64,000 bases of DNA from Magnetospiraceae bacterium (GCA_049605255.1 JBMYUJ010000010.1:2199-66198), one strand, 5' to 3'; counted from the first letter of the stretch, positions 1-9,255 are shown. Made by a program: numbers and translations. The notes: generated from the sequence alone by a model not told the origin.

Positions 1-123
1 CTTTCCACTGAGGACTCGGAAGCGGTGGAAAACGCCACGGCCCTGTCTGGTCTGTTGGGCACGGCGGACTCCCAGCGCCTGACCATACGGGATCTGCCCG
101 ATCCCGCCCTGCCCGGGAAGTAG
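1..123 (+). CDS. 3' end of an upstream CDS (partial, unknown product)
   Basis: Frame 1 is open from base 1 (LSTEDSEAVENATALSGLLG...PALPGK) to TAG at 121-123, 3 nt before the next ATG. Confidence 0.55.
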   Translation, partial: LSTEDSEAVENATALSGLLGTADSQRLTIRDLPDPALPGK

Positions 124-126
124 CGG

Positions 127-834
127 ATGACCCGGATCGTGCTGTTCCTGGTTCTGATCGCGGGACTCGCGGCATGTGGCGAGCCTCCCACAGAGCCGGA
201 ATTTTTTCCCCTCAATGACGGCTGGCGCTGGACCTATACGGTGACGGAAGACCGACCGGAAGGCACAACGGTGCGGCAGTTTACCGAGGAGAATCTCGCG
301 CCCGAGGAGGTGGACGGCAACAGGGTCGTCCCGCGCCGCACCTCCGATGGCACTGTCTATTACATTCGCCACGATGAGTCGGGGCTGGCCCGCATCGCCA
401 AACGCAGCCGGGTTCAACCTCAGCCGGTGCGCGACCCGGAGCCGCGTATGGTTCTCGCCGCGCCGTTCACCAAAGGCACTGGCTGGGGCTACGCCACGCC
501 CATTTTCCTGATGCAGCGCCAGCGGCCGGAAAGCACAGACCGCCAACGGCTGCTGCATGAAGGGCCGGTGGTGATGAATTTCGTCATCGAGCAAACCGGC
601 GTTACGGTGGCGGTTCCGGCGGGGCGTTTCGAAGAATGTTTGAAAGTGGTGGGGCAGGCGCAAAAGACCCTGTTCGCCGATCCGGATCAGGGGTTTGTGG
701 ATGTGCCGATCACGCAAAACGAATGGTATTGCAAAGGGGTGGGGTTGGTCCGATTGGAACGGTTGGAGCGCCTGAATTCCCAATTTTATAAGGGCGGCAC
801 CATGACCTTCGACCTGACGAGATTGGAAAAATAA
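127..834 (+). CDS. Putative lipoprotein, beta-rich hypothetical protein
   Basis: Signal peptide with lipobox LAAC; FPL..G.RWTY start and TV.VPAGRF..CLKV / WY.KGVGLV motifs typical of a beta-barrel-like hypothetical family. Confidence 0.75.
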   Translation: MTRIVLFLVLIAGLAACGEPPTEPEFFPLNDGWRWTYTVTEDRPEGTTVRQFTEENLAPEEVDGNRVVPRRTSDGTVYYIRHDESGLARIAKRSRVQPQPVRDPEPRMVLAAPFTKGTGWGYATPIFLMQRQRPESTDRQRLLHEGPVVMNFVIEQTGVTVAVPAGRFEECLKVVGQAQKTLFADPDQGFVDVPITQNEWYCKGVGLVRLERLERLNSQFYKGGTMTFDLTRLEK

Positions 835-864
835 CGCCGCCATTTGCGCGCGGGCTGCCGCCCA

Positions 865-909
865 TTCCCCTAAGGTCGTAGAGAAAACCCCACGGCGCCT
901 GCCTATAAT
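865..909 (+). promoter_or_regulatory. Cluster palindromic box plus -10 element upstream of cytochrome c
   Basis: TTCCCC-TAAG-GTCGTA at 865-880; TATAAT at 904-909 (23-nt gap). Confidence 0.65.
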
Positions 910-982
910 ACGCCGGTCATTCAGGCCGCCCCAAATCTACCACATGGTCGGCGGCAACAGTATTGTTGGAGAGTCGGTTGCC

Positions 983-1399
983 ATGATTAAGAAATTTGCT
1001 GCTATCGCCTGCGTCACCCTGGGGCTTGCCGCGTGTACGGGGATGCAAGATAACGCTGCCGCCAAGCATGATTCCGAATTCTATACCCCGACCGATGCGC
1101 AGACGGCCGCGGGGCTGCAGGTGTTCTCCCGCTGCAAGGGTTGTCATAGCCTGGATCCGTCGAAGAATACCTTCGGGCCGAACCTGCGCGGCGTCTACAT
1201 GCGCCCGGCGGCATCCTTGCCGCGGTTCCAATATTCGGAAGCGCTGAAAGGGTCCGGCATCGTGTGGAACGAGGAAAATCTGCGGTCCTGGATCGCGGGC
1301 AATGACGTGTTCGTGGGCGGTACCCGCATGCGGCATGTGGCGATTGCCGATGCCCTGGAGCAGGATTACCTCCTCGCCTTTTTGAAGTCCTTTAAGTAA
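983..1399 (+). CDS. Class I cytochrome c (c2-like), lipoprotein-anchored
   Basis: Lipobox LAAC, heme motif CKGCH, GPNL.GV, distal Met in GTRM; ATG at 983 after GGAGAG. Confidence 0.9.
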   Translation: MIKKFAAIACVTLGLAACTGMQDNAAAKHDSEFYTPTDAQTAAGLQVFSRCKGCHSLDPSKNTFGPNLRGVYMRPAASLPRFQYSEALKGSGIVWNEENLRSWIAGNDVFVGGTRMRHVAIADALEQDYLLAFLKSFK

Positions 1400-1960
1400 T
1401 CAGTCTTCTGGCGGCAGAGGTTCGGGGGTGACCGCGATCAGTGGCAACCCGGCCTCCCGCCAACCATCCGTTCCTTCCCGATACCAATACACTGCCTGGT
1501 AGCCATAGCTGGCCGCACGCTTTACCGCGTTCCACGCCATCCAGCAATCGGCGATACAGAAAATCAAAATGGGGTTGTCTTTCCTGCCGCCGGTCAGGCG
1601 CTGTAAGTTTTCCCGGTAGTAGCGTTCCAACTGAGGGGTGAGCGTGCCGCGCCCCACATTGGGCAGCCACACCGCGCCGGGCAGGGAATGCCGGGGCTCG
1701 GCCACCAGCCATTCGTCTTCCAGGCCGGGGGTGAGAAACCGCCCCGCACCGACCACATCCAGAATAAGCGCTTTCCCATCGGCAACCATCGCCTGCGCCT
1801 CTGGCAAGGTCACAACCGTGCCGCCGGGCACCGTTTGCGGCGTCGCGGCGCGGTAATGATCCAGCCGATACCCGTCGGGCATATCGACCGCGCCCGCCCC
1901 GCTGCCAACCAGCGTCAACAGGCAAAAAACCAATGCGGCGGGGGAGTGGGAACACCCCAT
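1400..1960 (-). CDS. PQQ-catabolism-associated CXXCW-motif rhodanese-like protein
   Basis: FCIADCWMAWNA motif, rhodanese-like YWYREGTDGW; signal peptide; ATG at 1960 with GGAGG RBS. Confidence 0.88.
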   Translation of the reverse strand: MGCSHSPAALVFCLLTLVGSGAGAVDMPDGYRLDHYRAATPQTVPGGTVVTLPEAQAMVADGKALILDVVGAGRFLTPGLEDEWLVAEPRHSLPGAVWLPNVGRGTLTPQLERYYRENLQRLTGGRKDNPILIFCIADCWMAWNAVKRAASYGYQAVYWYREGTDGWREAGLPLIAVTPEPLPPED

Positions 1961-1996
1961 GGAATCCTCCAAATCGCGAACGGTCAGAGGACTTCC

Positions 1997-2041
1997 TTAT
2001 TCCAAAGTCGAGTACAGGGGCAACCCGCCACGCCTTATACT
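1997..2041 (+). promoter_or_regulatory. Cluster palindromic box plus -10 element upstream of ABC operon
   Basis: TTATTC-CAAA-GTCGAG at 1997-2012; TATACT at 2036-2041 (23-nt gap). Confidence 0.6.
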
Positions 2042-2084
2042 TAGGGCTAATCAGAAAGCATAATGACAGGGACGGACAATCGAC

Positions 2085-3062
2085 ATGAAACGCTTCTGGA
2101 TAGGGATTGCGGCGGCTTGGCTCCTGATGGGCCTCCAGCCCGCGCAGGCGGAAACGCCGACCTTGAAAATCGGTGTGTTGAAATTCGGCACGGTGAATTG
2201 GGAGCTGGACGTGATCCAGCATCACGGCCTCGACGCCCAACAGGGCTATGCCTTGGAGGTGTATCCATTGGCCGGAAAGCAGGCCACCGCCATCGCCCTC
2301 CAGGCGGGCGAGGTAGATGCCATCGTCACTGATTGGATCTGGGTCTCCCGCCAGCGCAACATGGGCCGGGATTATACCTTTATCCCCTATTCGCGTATCG
2401 TGGGCGGGGTCATTGTCGGTAGGGATTCAGGCATTCAAACCCTCGAAGACCTTGCGGGCAAGAAGATCGGTATCGCAGGCGGGCCGGTGGATAAAAGTTG
2501 GCTGCTGGTGCGCGCCTTGGCGGAACAACGCCATGGGTTGGATTTGCAGAAAAGCGCGGAAACCGTATTTGGCGCGCCGCCGCTCCTGTCCAAGAAATTA
2601 GCGCAGGGCGAATTGGATGCGGTCATCACCTTCTGGCATTTCGCCGCCAGGTTGGAGGCCAAGGGGTATCACCGCCTGCTATCCGTCAACGATGCGGTCA
2701 CGGAACTGGGCCTGCAGGCGGATGTGCCCATGCTGGGCTATGTGTTCAGCGGCGATTTCGTGCGCGCCTATCCCGACGTGGTGAACGGGTTCGCGGGGTC
2801 CTCCCGGGCGGCGAAGAAAATCCTCGCCGAGTCCGATGCGGAATGGGATCGCCTGCGCCCCCTGACCAACGCCCCGGATGAGGCCACGCTCGCCGCGCTG
2901 CGAGAGGGTTATCGCGCCGGTATCCCCGAAACTTGGGGCGGCGATCAGCAGCAGGCCGCGGCCACGCTGTTCGAGGTTCTCGCCGCGCTGGGTGGGGAAA
3001 AATTGGTGGGGCCGCAACCCACACTCGCCGTCGGCACCTTCCTGCCGGGTTACGCATTCTGA
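2085..3062 (+). CDS. ABC transporter substrate-binding protein, NitT/TauT (SsuA-like) family
   Basis: Signal peptide (AQA), LQAGEVDAIV, I.TLEDLAGKKIG motifs; followed by permease and ATPase. Confidence 0.88.
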   Translation: MKRFWIGIAAAWLLMGLQPAQAETPTLKIGVLKFGTVNWELDVIQHHGLDAQQGYALEVYPLAGKQATAIALQAGEVDAIVTDWIWVSRQRNMGRDYTFIPYSRIVGGVIVGRDSGIQTLEDLAGKKIGIAGGPVDKSWLLVRALAEQRHGLDLQKSAETVFGAPPLLSKKLAQGELDAVITFWHFAARLEAKGYHRLLSVNDAVTELGLQADVPMLGYVFSGDFVRAYPDVVNGFAGSSRAAKKILAESDAEWDRLRPLTNAPDEATLAALREGYRAGIPETWGGDQQQAAATLFEVLAALGGEKLVGPQPTLAVGTFLPGYAF

Positions 3063-3799
3063 CCGCGCAGCTTCCCATACGCCTGATTTCCGTGGCGGTG
3101 CTGCTGCTGATCTGGCAGGGCGCGGCGCTCCTGTCGGCGCCAGACCTGCTCCCCGGTCCCGGGGTGACGGTGGCCGCCATGGGGAAGGCCTTGTTTCAGG
3201 GCGACATGCTGTTCCATGTGGGGGTGACCCTGGCCCGGGTGGCGGCGGCGTTTCTCATCGCCATGGCCATCGGCACGGCCATCGGGATCGCCCTCGGGAT
3301 GTCGCGCCGTATTGACCGGTTTTTCGAATTCTGGCTGCTGCTGTTTTTGAACCTGCCCGCGCTCGTCACCATCATCCTTTGTTATCTCTGGTTCGGGCTG
3401 ACCGAGGCGGCGGCCGTGGCGGCGGTGGCCATCAATAAGATCCCCAATGTGGCGGTCACCTTGCGCGAAGGGTCCCGCGCGCTGGACCCCAAGTTGATGG
3501 AAATGGCCCGTGCGTTTCGGATGGGGCCGGTTAAAACCCTGCATGTCGTGATCCTGCCGCAACTGGCGCCCTATCTTTCCGCTGCCGCCCGGGGCGGCTT
3601 ATCCCTGATTTGGAAGATCGTGCTGGTGGTGGAGCTGCTGGGGCGCGGCAGCGGTGTCGGTTTTCAATTGCATCTCTTTTTCCAGCTATTTGACGTCACC
3701 AACATCTTGGCCTACTCCTTGGCTTTCATCCTGGTCATTCAAATGATCGACCATGGGCTGTTTCAACCGGTGGAGCGGCATATCAATCGGTGGCGTTGA
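3059..3799 (+). CDS. ABC transporter permease, NitT/TauT family (start uncertain; CTG overlapping upstream TGA or a later GTG)
   Basis: Multiple hydrophobic helices, LLPGP, TLARV, EAA-like EMARAFRMG, VILPQLAP. Confidence 0.85.
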   Translation: MTAQLPIRLISVAVLLLIWQGAALLSAPDLLPGPGVTVAAMGKALFQGDMLFHVGVTLARVAAAFLIAMAIGTAIGIALGMSRRIDRFFEFWLLLFLNLPALVTIILCYLWFGLTEAAAVAAVAINKIPNVAVTLREGSRALDPKLMEMARAFRMGPVKTLHVVILPQLAPYLSAAARGGLSLIWKIVLVVELLGRGSGVGFQLHLFFQLFDVTNILAYSLAFILVIQMIDHGLFQPVERHINRWR

Positions 3800-3802
3800 G
3801 GA

Positions 3803-4510
3803 ATGGACGTTAAGATCCAGGCGAAGGCCTACGGCACGGGCGCGCCTGTGTTGGGCCCTCTTCAGTTTACATTGCGGGATCGCGCATTCGCCGTGCTGTT
3901 CGGCCCGTCTGGCTGCGGCAAATCAACCTTGCTGAACATCATCGCCGGGCTGGACCCGGCCTTTGACGGGGCGGTTTCGGGAGTCAGCGGGGCGGTCGGT
4001 TATGTTTTTCAGGAACCCCGGCTGCTGCCCTGGCTCAGCGTGGCGGATAACCTCCGCGTGGTGCTGGACGATCCCGCTCCGGCGGAACACCGGATTGAAA
4101 CGCTGCTCCGGGAAATGGAGCTGTGGGAGGATCGGGGAAAATTTGCCAATCGCCTGTCTCTTGGCATGGCGCGGCGGGTTGCCCTGGCCCGGGCGTTGGT
4201 GGTGGAGCCGAGCCTGCTCTTGATGGATGAGCCCTTCGTGTCCCTGGATGAACCCACGGCGGTGCGCCTGCGCCTTTTGCTGCGCCGGGTGGTCGACCGG
4301 CTCGGCCTGCGCTGTCTGTTTGTCACCCATAACATTCACGAAGCGGTGCAGTTGGCCGATCGGATTCTGTTTATTGCCGGGGCGCCGGCGGGGCTGGTGG
4401 CAGATGTACCGGTGACCCTTCCCACAGACCGGCGTTCCGGCGACGATGTGGCGAATTTCGTGAAAACCGTTCTGGCGCAGGAGCCTTCGGTAAGGCCTCT
4501 GCTGACCTGA
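3803..4510 (+). CDS. ABC transporter ATP-binding protein
   Basis: Walker A GPSGCGKS, Q-loop VFQEPRL, signature LSLGM, Walker B LLLMDEPF, H-loop VTH. Confidence 0.92.
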   Translation: MDVKIQAKAYGTGAPVLGPLQFTLRDRAFAVLFGPSGCGKSTLLNIIAGLDPAFDGAVSGVSGAVGYVFQEPRLLPWLSVADNLRVVLDDPAPAEHRIETLLREMELWEDRGKFANRLSLGMARRVALARALVVEPSLLLMDEPFVSLDEPTAVRLRLLLRRVVDRLGLRCLFVTHNIHEAVQLADRILFIAGAPAGLVADVPVTLPTDRRSGDDVANFVKTVLAQEPSVRPLLT

Positions 4511-4514
4511 AAAT

Positions 4515-5072
4515 TTACTCGATTGTCAACATCGGCAGCCAATGGGAGGCGGGCTCTCCCGGCTCTAAATCACCCTCGGTAATGGGCCGGGTGGTGCGGT
4601 CCTCGGGCGGGGAGGCCAGGAGGTCCATGTTCACCTCGTGCACCCTCCCGATCAGGCGGTCTTGCGCCAGCGCCAAGCGGTAATACACACCGTTCCACAT
4701 ATCGATCCCGTAATCGGTGGGGGCCTTCCAAATAAACAGAAATTCATATTCCAGATCGGTCAGATCATTGGCGGTGATGCGCTGGCCTTTCGCGTAAGGG
4801 TAGGGCAGGTGGCACAGGTAGCGGGTGTCCCCTTCCAGGCATTTGAAAGGCCGCATGGATAGGAAATGATCCTCGAACTTCTCCGGCGCCAAGGCGACGT
4901 CGAATGTCCAACCCGCGCCGTCCCGGACCAGGGTCACCGTGCCGATGGCGAGGGGATCACCGGACACCGGATGCAGATACACGGTTTTCCTGCCCGCAAT
5001 CTCGGCCTGTGCGGGGAGGGCGAACAGCGCCAGGCTCGCCAGGAAAAGCCTACGGAGGACTGTGATGATCAT
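4515..5072 (-). CDS. Exported hypothetical protein, last gene of the Ped/Lut-like ABC operon
   Basis: Signal peptide (ALPAQA); F.DHFLSMRPFKC...CHLPYPY motif; RBS GAGGGAG before ATG 5072 (alternative start 5090). Confidence 0.75.
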   Translation of the reverse strand: MIITVLRRLFLASLALFALPAQAEIAGRKTVYLHPVSGDPLAIGTVTLVRDGAGWTFDVALAPEKFEDHFLSMRPFKCLEGDTRYLCHLPYPYAKGQRITANDLTDLEYEFLFIWKAPTDYGIDMWNGVYYRLALAQDRLIGRVHEVNMDLLASPPEDRTTRPITEGDLEPGEPASHWLPMLTIE

Positions 5073-5086
5073 GGCGTTCGTCTCCC

Positions 5087-5896
5087 TCATCCGCCGGGTC
5101 CGCCCTTGCGGGGCATCATGCCGCGCTTCGGGTTGTATCCGGTCACCGCCAGGGCCAGGAAAACGGCCAGGGCAAGGCAGGTCCAGCCCAGCGGTTCCCA
5201 GGCCATCTTGCCGTAGAGCGCGTACCGCAAGACCTCCACCGCCTGGGTGAAGGGGTTGACCGCGCAGATGGTGTAAAGAAGGTCGCTGGATTCCCGCATC
5301 TTCCACAGCGGGTAGAGGGCCGAAGACAGGAAAAACATGGGGAAGATCACGAAATTCATGATCCCCGCGAAATTTTCCAACTGCCGGATGGCGGAGGAGA
5401 GCAGCAGGCCCATGGCCCCCAGCATCAGGCCCACCAGCACCAAGGCGGGCAAGATGGTGACATAGCCCAGCCCCGGCGCGCCCACATCGAACAGCGCGGC
5501 GATGCCAAGAAAGGCATAGGCTTGCAGGATCGACACCGCCGTGCTGGCCAACAGCTTGCACGACAGGAGATACCAGCGGGGCAGGGGGGCGGTGAGCAGA
5601 ATGCGCATGCTGCCCATTTCCCGGTCATAGACCATAGACAACGAGGACTGCATGCCGTTGAACAGCAGGATCATGCCGAGCAGGCCCGGCAGGATATACA
5701 CCTCGTAGGTGATATAGGTTTCGTAGGGCGGAATGATGGAGACCCCGAGGGCGGCGCGGAACCCGGCGGCAAACACCAACAGCCAGACCAGGGGCCGCAC
5801 CAGAGCGGCGAGGAAGCGTTCGCGTTGATGCAGGAACCGCAAAACCTCCCGGCCACTGATGCCGATCAGGCAGCGCAGCGCGTGGCGGCCCGTCAT
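5087..5896 (-). CDS. ABC-2 type permease, PQQ alcohol dehydrogenase system (PedC/LutF-like)
   Basis: Six TM segments, DREMGSMRILLTAP, FFLSSALYP, NPFT; operon context. Confidence 0.88.
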   Translation of the reverse strand: MTGRHALRCLIGISGREVLRFLHQRERFLAALVRPLVWLLVFAAGFRAALGVSIIPPYETYITYEVYILPGLLGMILLFNGMQSSLSMVYDREMGSMRILLTAPLPRWYLLSCKLLASTAVSILQAYAFLGIAALFDVGAPGLGYVTILPALVLVGLMLGAMGLLLSSAIRQLENFAGIMNFVIFPMFFLSSALYPLWKMRESSDLLYTICAVNPFTQAVEVLRYALYGKMAWEPLGWTCLALAVFLALAVTGYNPKRGMMPRKGGPGG

Positions 5897-6633
5897 GGCG
5901 CATCCCCCGCCAAGACCTGCTGGAAGGCCCCGCTGAGATCCGCCGCCCCAAATTGTTCGACCACATCGGGCACGGCGCCTTGGGCGCGGATGGTCCCCGC
6001 ATGCAGCATCACCACCGCATCGGTGGGCCTGATCTCATCGATCAGATGGGTGGCCCACAGCACACCGATATTTTCCTCGGCGGCCAGGGCATGGACATGG
6101 TCGACAATGGTGGCGCGGGTCGGCACGTCCAGCCCCACGGTGGGTTCGTCCAGCAACAACAGCCGGGGCCGGTGCAGCAGCGCGCGGGCGATCTCCACCC
6201 GTCGCCGATGCCCGCCATTCAGGCGGCGCACCTTCTCGCCGCGCCGCTCGAACATCTGTAACCGGGTCAGCTCCCGTTCCAGGCGGGCATCGGCCTCTCG
6301 CTTGCCGATGCCCTGCAGGGCGGCGAAATAACGCAGGTTCTGGGTGACCGTCAGATCCAGGTCGAGGGTCGGTTGCTGAAACACCACCCCCAGGGCGGCC
6401 ATGGCCTGGCGGGGGGATTGGGTCAGGGCATGCCCGGCGATCTCGATCCGGCCCGATGCGGTTTCGAACAGCCGGGTGACCAGGGATACCAAGGTGCTTT
6501 TTCCGGCCCCGTTGGCGCCCAAAAGCGCAGTGAAGCTGCCCGCCGCAACCGTGCAGGAAACATCCGAAAGCGCCTCCTTTTGCGCCCCGCCATAGCGATA
6601 GCCAACCCCGTCGATCCTCAGGGCGGCGCTCAT
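5893..6633 (-). CDS. ABC ATP-binding subunit, PQQ alcohol dehydrogenase system (PedB/LutE-like)
   Basis: GANGAGKS, VFQQPTLDLDL, LNGGHRRR, LLLDEPTVGLD, WATH. Confidence 0.9.
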   Translation of the reverse strand: MSAALRIDGVGYRYGGAQKEALSDVSCTVAAGSFTALLGANGAGKSTLVSLVTRLFETASGRIEIAGHALTQSPRQAMAALGVVFQQPTLDLDLTVTQNLRYFAALQGIGKREADARLERELTRLQMFERRGEKVRRLNGGHRRRVEIARALLHRPRLLLLDEPTVGLDVPTRATIVDHVHALAAEENIGVLWATHLIDEIRPTDAVVMLHAGTIRAQGAVPDVVEQFGAADLSGAFQQVLAGDAP

Positions 6634-7592
6634 TCAGGCCGCACCACCGCACCCCAAGGGTAGCGGCCCACCTTGATGGATTTCAGGGCCTCCAGGTCTT
6701 CGACATCGACCACCGTCACGTCGCCGGACACGCCATTGGTGGTGAACAGCAGTTTCTCATCGGGGGTGAAGGCCATATGCCAGACCCGCCGCCCAACGAG
6801 AATATATTTGACCACCTCGTAGGTCTTGCGATCCACCACCGCGAGATGGTTGGCGGGGCCGAGCGCGACAAAGGCCCATTTTCCGTCTTGGGTGAGGTCG
6901 ATGCCCACCGGCTGTACCCGGTCTGGGTGGACACCTTTAATGGCGAAATTTAGGGTTTCGATCACCTGCCGGGTCGCCACATCGATCACCGCCACGGTGC
7001 CGCCAATTTCCGCCGATACCCAGAGCAATGACCCATCGCGCTCGAACACCGCATCGCGGGGGCGTTGGTCCACCAGGGTATTATCCACCAGTTCGAATTT
7101 TTCCGTATCGATCCAATGCACCATATTGGTGGTTTCAGAAGTGTTGACGGCATATTTCCCGTCCGGGCTCACCGCCATGCCCTCTGGTTCCACCCCCACA
7201 TCCACCTGCGCCAAAACCCGGGCGGTTTCCGTATCCACCACGGTGGCGATATTGTCGTCTTCATTGGAGATATAGAGATGGCGGTTGTTGGGATGCAGGG
7301 CGAACTGTTCCGGGTCGGCGCCGGAAGGGAGCTCGCGCAATTTCTCCAGGGTAACCGCATCGAAGACCTCCACGGTGTTATCGTCCGACGCACAGATATA
7401 GAGCTTGCTATGATCATGGCTGAGCAGGATGCCCCGGGGGCGCTGGCCCACCGCCACCGTGCGGGTGACCTCCAGGGTTTTTACATCGATGACGGAAACC
7501 GTGTTGTCTTTTTCATTGGTCACGTACACCGTCTGCGCTGCGGCGGGCGCAGCCAATCCGAATGTCACGGTAAGTGCAAAAAGATATTTCAT
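6630..7592 (-). CDS. PQQ-catabolism-associated YVTN beta-propeller protein (PedA2/LutB-like)
   Basis: Signal peptide; repeated YVTNE..NTVSVID / VG..P.G blades; ATG 7592 overlaps upstream stop. Confidence 0.9.
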   Translation of the reverse strand: MKYLFALTVTFGLAAPAAAQTVYVTNEKDNTVSVIDVKTLEVTRTVAVGQRPRGILLSHDHSKLYICASDDNTVEVFDAVTLEKLRELPSGADPEQFALHPNNRHLYISNEDDNIATVVDTETARVLAQVDVGVEPEGMAVSPDGKYAVNTSETTNMVHWIDTEKFELVDNTLVDQRPRDAVFERDGSLLWVSAEIGGTVAVIDVATRQVIETLNFAIKGVHPDRVQPVGIDLTQDGKWAFVALGPANHLAVVDRKTYEVVKYILVGRRVWHMAFTPDEKLLFTTNGVSGDVTVVDVEDLEALKSIKVGRYPWGAVVRPE

Positions 7593-8767
7593 TTGGGGCC
7601 TCCCTTGGCCAGGGCGCAACGGCTCTCCGGCCGATCGATGCCCAGCGTATCCATCTCCGATAGGGGGTGCAGAAAACCCTCCTGCGGGGATTGGCTCACC
7701 AGGGACCGGGCGGTGACCAGCGGGATCGGTTGGCGCAACTGGCCGTTCCACGGGCGGTAGGAGAGTTTCCGCCCCTTGAAGGCAGCCAGCGCGAACTCCG
7801 CGCTTTTGATAAAGGCGGTGAGGGCTGCGGGATCCGCCTCGGCAGTCCGCGTGGCGGCTTCCCCGACCGAGCGCACCGCAAGCCAGGCGGCGTAATCCCG
7901 CGCCGTCATCGGACGCCCGAATTTCTTCACGAACCGGCTTTGTAGTTGCGCCGCGCCCCATTGCTCGATCACCCGATGCCAGGGGGTGGGAACCAGCCCT
8001 TGGGTTCCGGCGACGGGCCGGGGCGCCCAAGATCGGAACAGGATGAAATCACCGAAATCGCCGATCTCGTCGGCCACCAGGATCACGTGATGGTCCTTGG
8101 CATCTTGGGTAAACAGGGGCATTTCCGCCTGGGCCGTGCGGCGGGCGTCATGATCGCCGGTCCATTTTTTCTCCGAGACGATCTTGGCCCCGAATTTCAT
8201 TGCCGCCCGGCGCAATGCCGCCGCGTAGAGCACATCTTCCGGGCGCGGGCCTTCGATCAGGAACAAGCGGGTCCAGCGCTTTCTGACCAGATATTGCATC
8301 AACGCATCGGCCAGCATCACCCGGCTCGGCAGGGTATGCAGCAGGTTGGCGCGGCATCTGGCCTCCCGCAGGTGAATATCCGGTGCCGCCACGTTGAAAA
8401 ACAGCAGACCCTCCGCGCCCGGGGCCTGCAACGCGGTTTCCAGCTTGGCGGCGATCAGGTCTGCGATGATAAAATTTCTGCCTGCCTTTTGAAAGGCCGT
8501 TACCGCTTCTGTCGGGTCATCCGCTACCGCCAGGGTCACCGGGGCGAGCGTATAATGCTGGTTGGTGAAGCGGCCCGTGGTGTTGTTGTCATCAATGCCC
8601 AGCAAGGCGCCGGCCAGGCCTTCATCAGCGGGCGGCGTATCCAGATTGGAAAGCGCCGGCGGGCGATCTCGCACCTGCCCCAGATAAGCAATGATTATCT
8701 CCATCGGCGCGGCCCGCGCGGTGGCGGTGCATAGGAGAAGGAGAACAAGACTGAAGAAAATACGCAT
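7589..8767 (-). CDS. ABC substrate-binding protein, PQQ alcohol dehydrogenase system (PedA1/LutA-like, LivJ-type fold)
   Basis: Signal peptide; DNNTTGRF, RPVAGTQGL.P..WH...EQWGAAQLQSRF, FKGRKLSYRPWNGQLRQP motifs. Confidence 0.87.
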   Translation of the reverse strand: MRIFFSLVLLLLCTATARAAPMEIIIAYLGQVRDRPPALSNLDTPPADEGLAGALLGIDDNNTTGRFTNQHYTLAPVTLAVADDPTEAVTAFQKAGRNFIIADLIAAKLETALQAPGAEGLLFFNVAAPDIHLREARCRANLLHTLPSRVMLADALMQYLVRKRWTRLFLIEGPRPEDVLYAAALRRAAMKFGAKIVSEKKWTGDHDARRTAQAEMPLFTQDAKDHHVILVADEIGDFGDFILFRSWAPRPVAGTQGLVPTPWHRVIEQWGAAQLQSRFVKKFGRPMTARDYAAWLAVRSVGEAATRTAEADPAALTAFIKSAEFALAAFKGRKLSYRPWNGQLRQPIPLVTARSLVSQSPQEGFLHPLSEMDTLGIDRPESRCALAKGGPK

Positions 8768-8799
8768 TCGATTGGTCAGACCCAGGCGCAAGATAATGC

Positions 8800-9255
8800 C
8801 TACTGAATGGTGATGGGGACCCGTTGGCTTTCCCCCCGGGAGCCGGGAATCCTTAGCTCATACCGTCCGGGCTTCACCGCCACGAATTTCAGTTCAATGA
8901 CCCCGGCATCATCGAACTCCACCGATTCCATGCCAAAGGGCCGGACCTCCAGATCGTTAATCACCACCTCATCCATCCAGACCGCGCGGAAAAAACCGGG
9001 GCCTTCCAAACCCAGTTCCGCCGAACCATCGCTTTTGATCGGCAACACATAATAGCCGCCAGACCGCAAGGTCAGGGGCGTGGCCGACAGGTCCAACCCC
9101 GAACCCAGCACGATTTCGGGCAGGGTTTCCTTGTTCTTGTTGGAGAGCAATCCGGCCAGGCCGAATTTCGGCGGGCAGTCGTCGGCCACGGCATTCCCGG
9201 CGATGCCTGCGGCGATCAATATGGTGAGGCCTATGGCCAAGAGGGGGTATTTCAT
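8800..9255 (-). CDS. Exported cupredoxin-like protein associated with PQQ dehydrogenase clusters
   Basis: Signal peptide; L.LRSG.YY.L.I and F...KPGRY beta-sandwich pattern; no Cys/His/Met copper ligand loop. Confidence 0.7.
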   Translation of the reverse strand: MKYPLLAIGLTILIAAGIAGNAVADDCPPKFGLAGLLSNKNKETLPEIVLGSGLDLSATPLTLRSGGYYVLPIKSDGSAELGLEGPGFFRAVWMDEVVINDLEVRPFGMESVEFDDAGVIELKFVAVKPGRYELRIPGSRGESQRVPITIQ

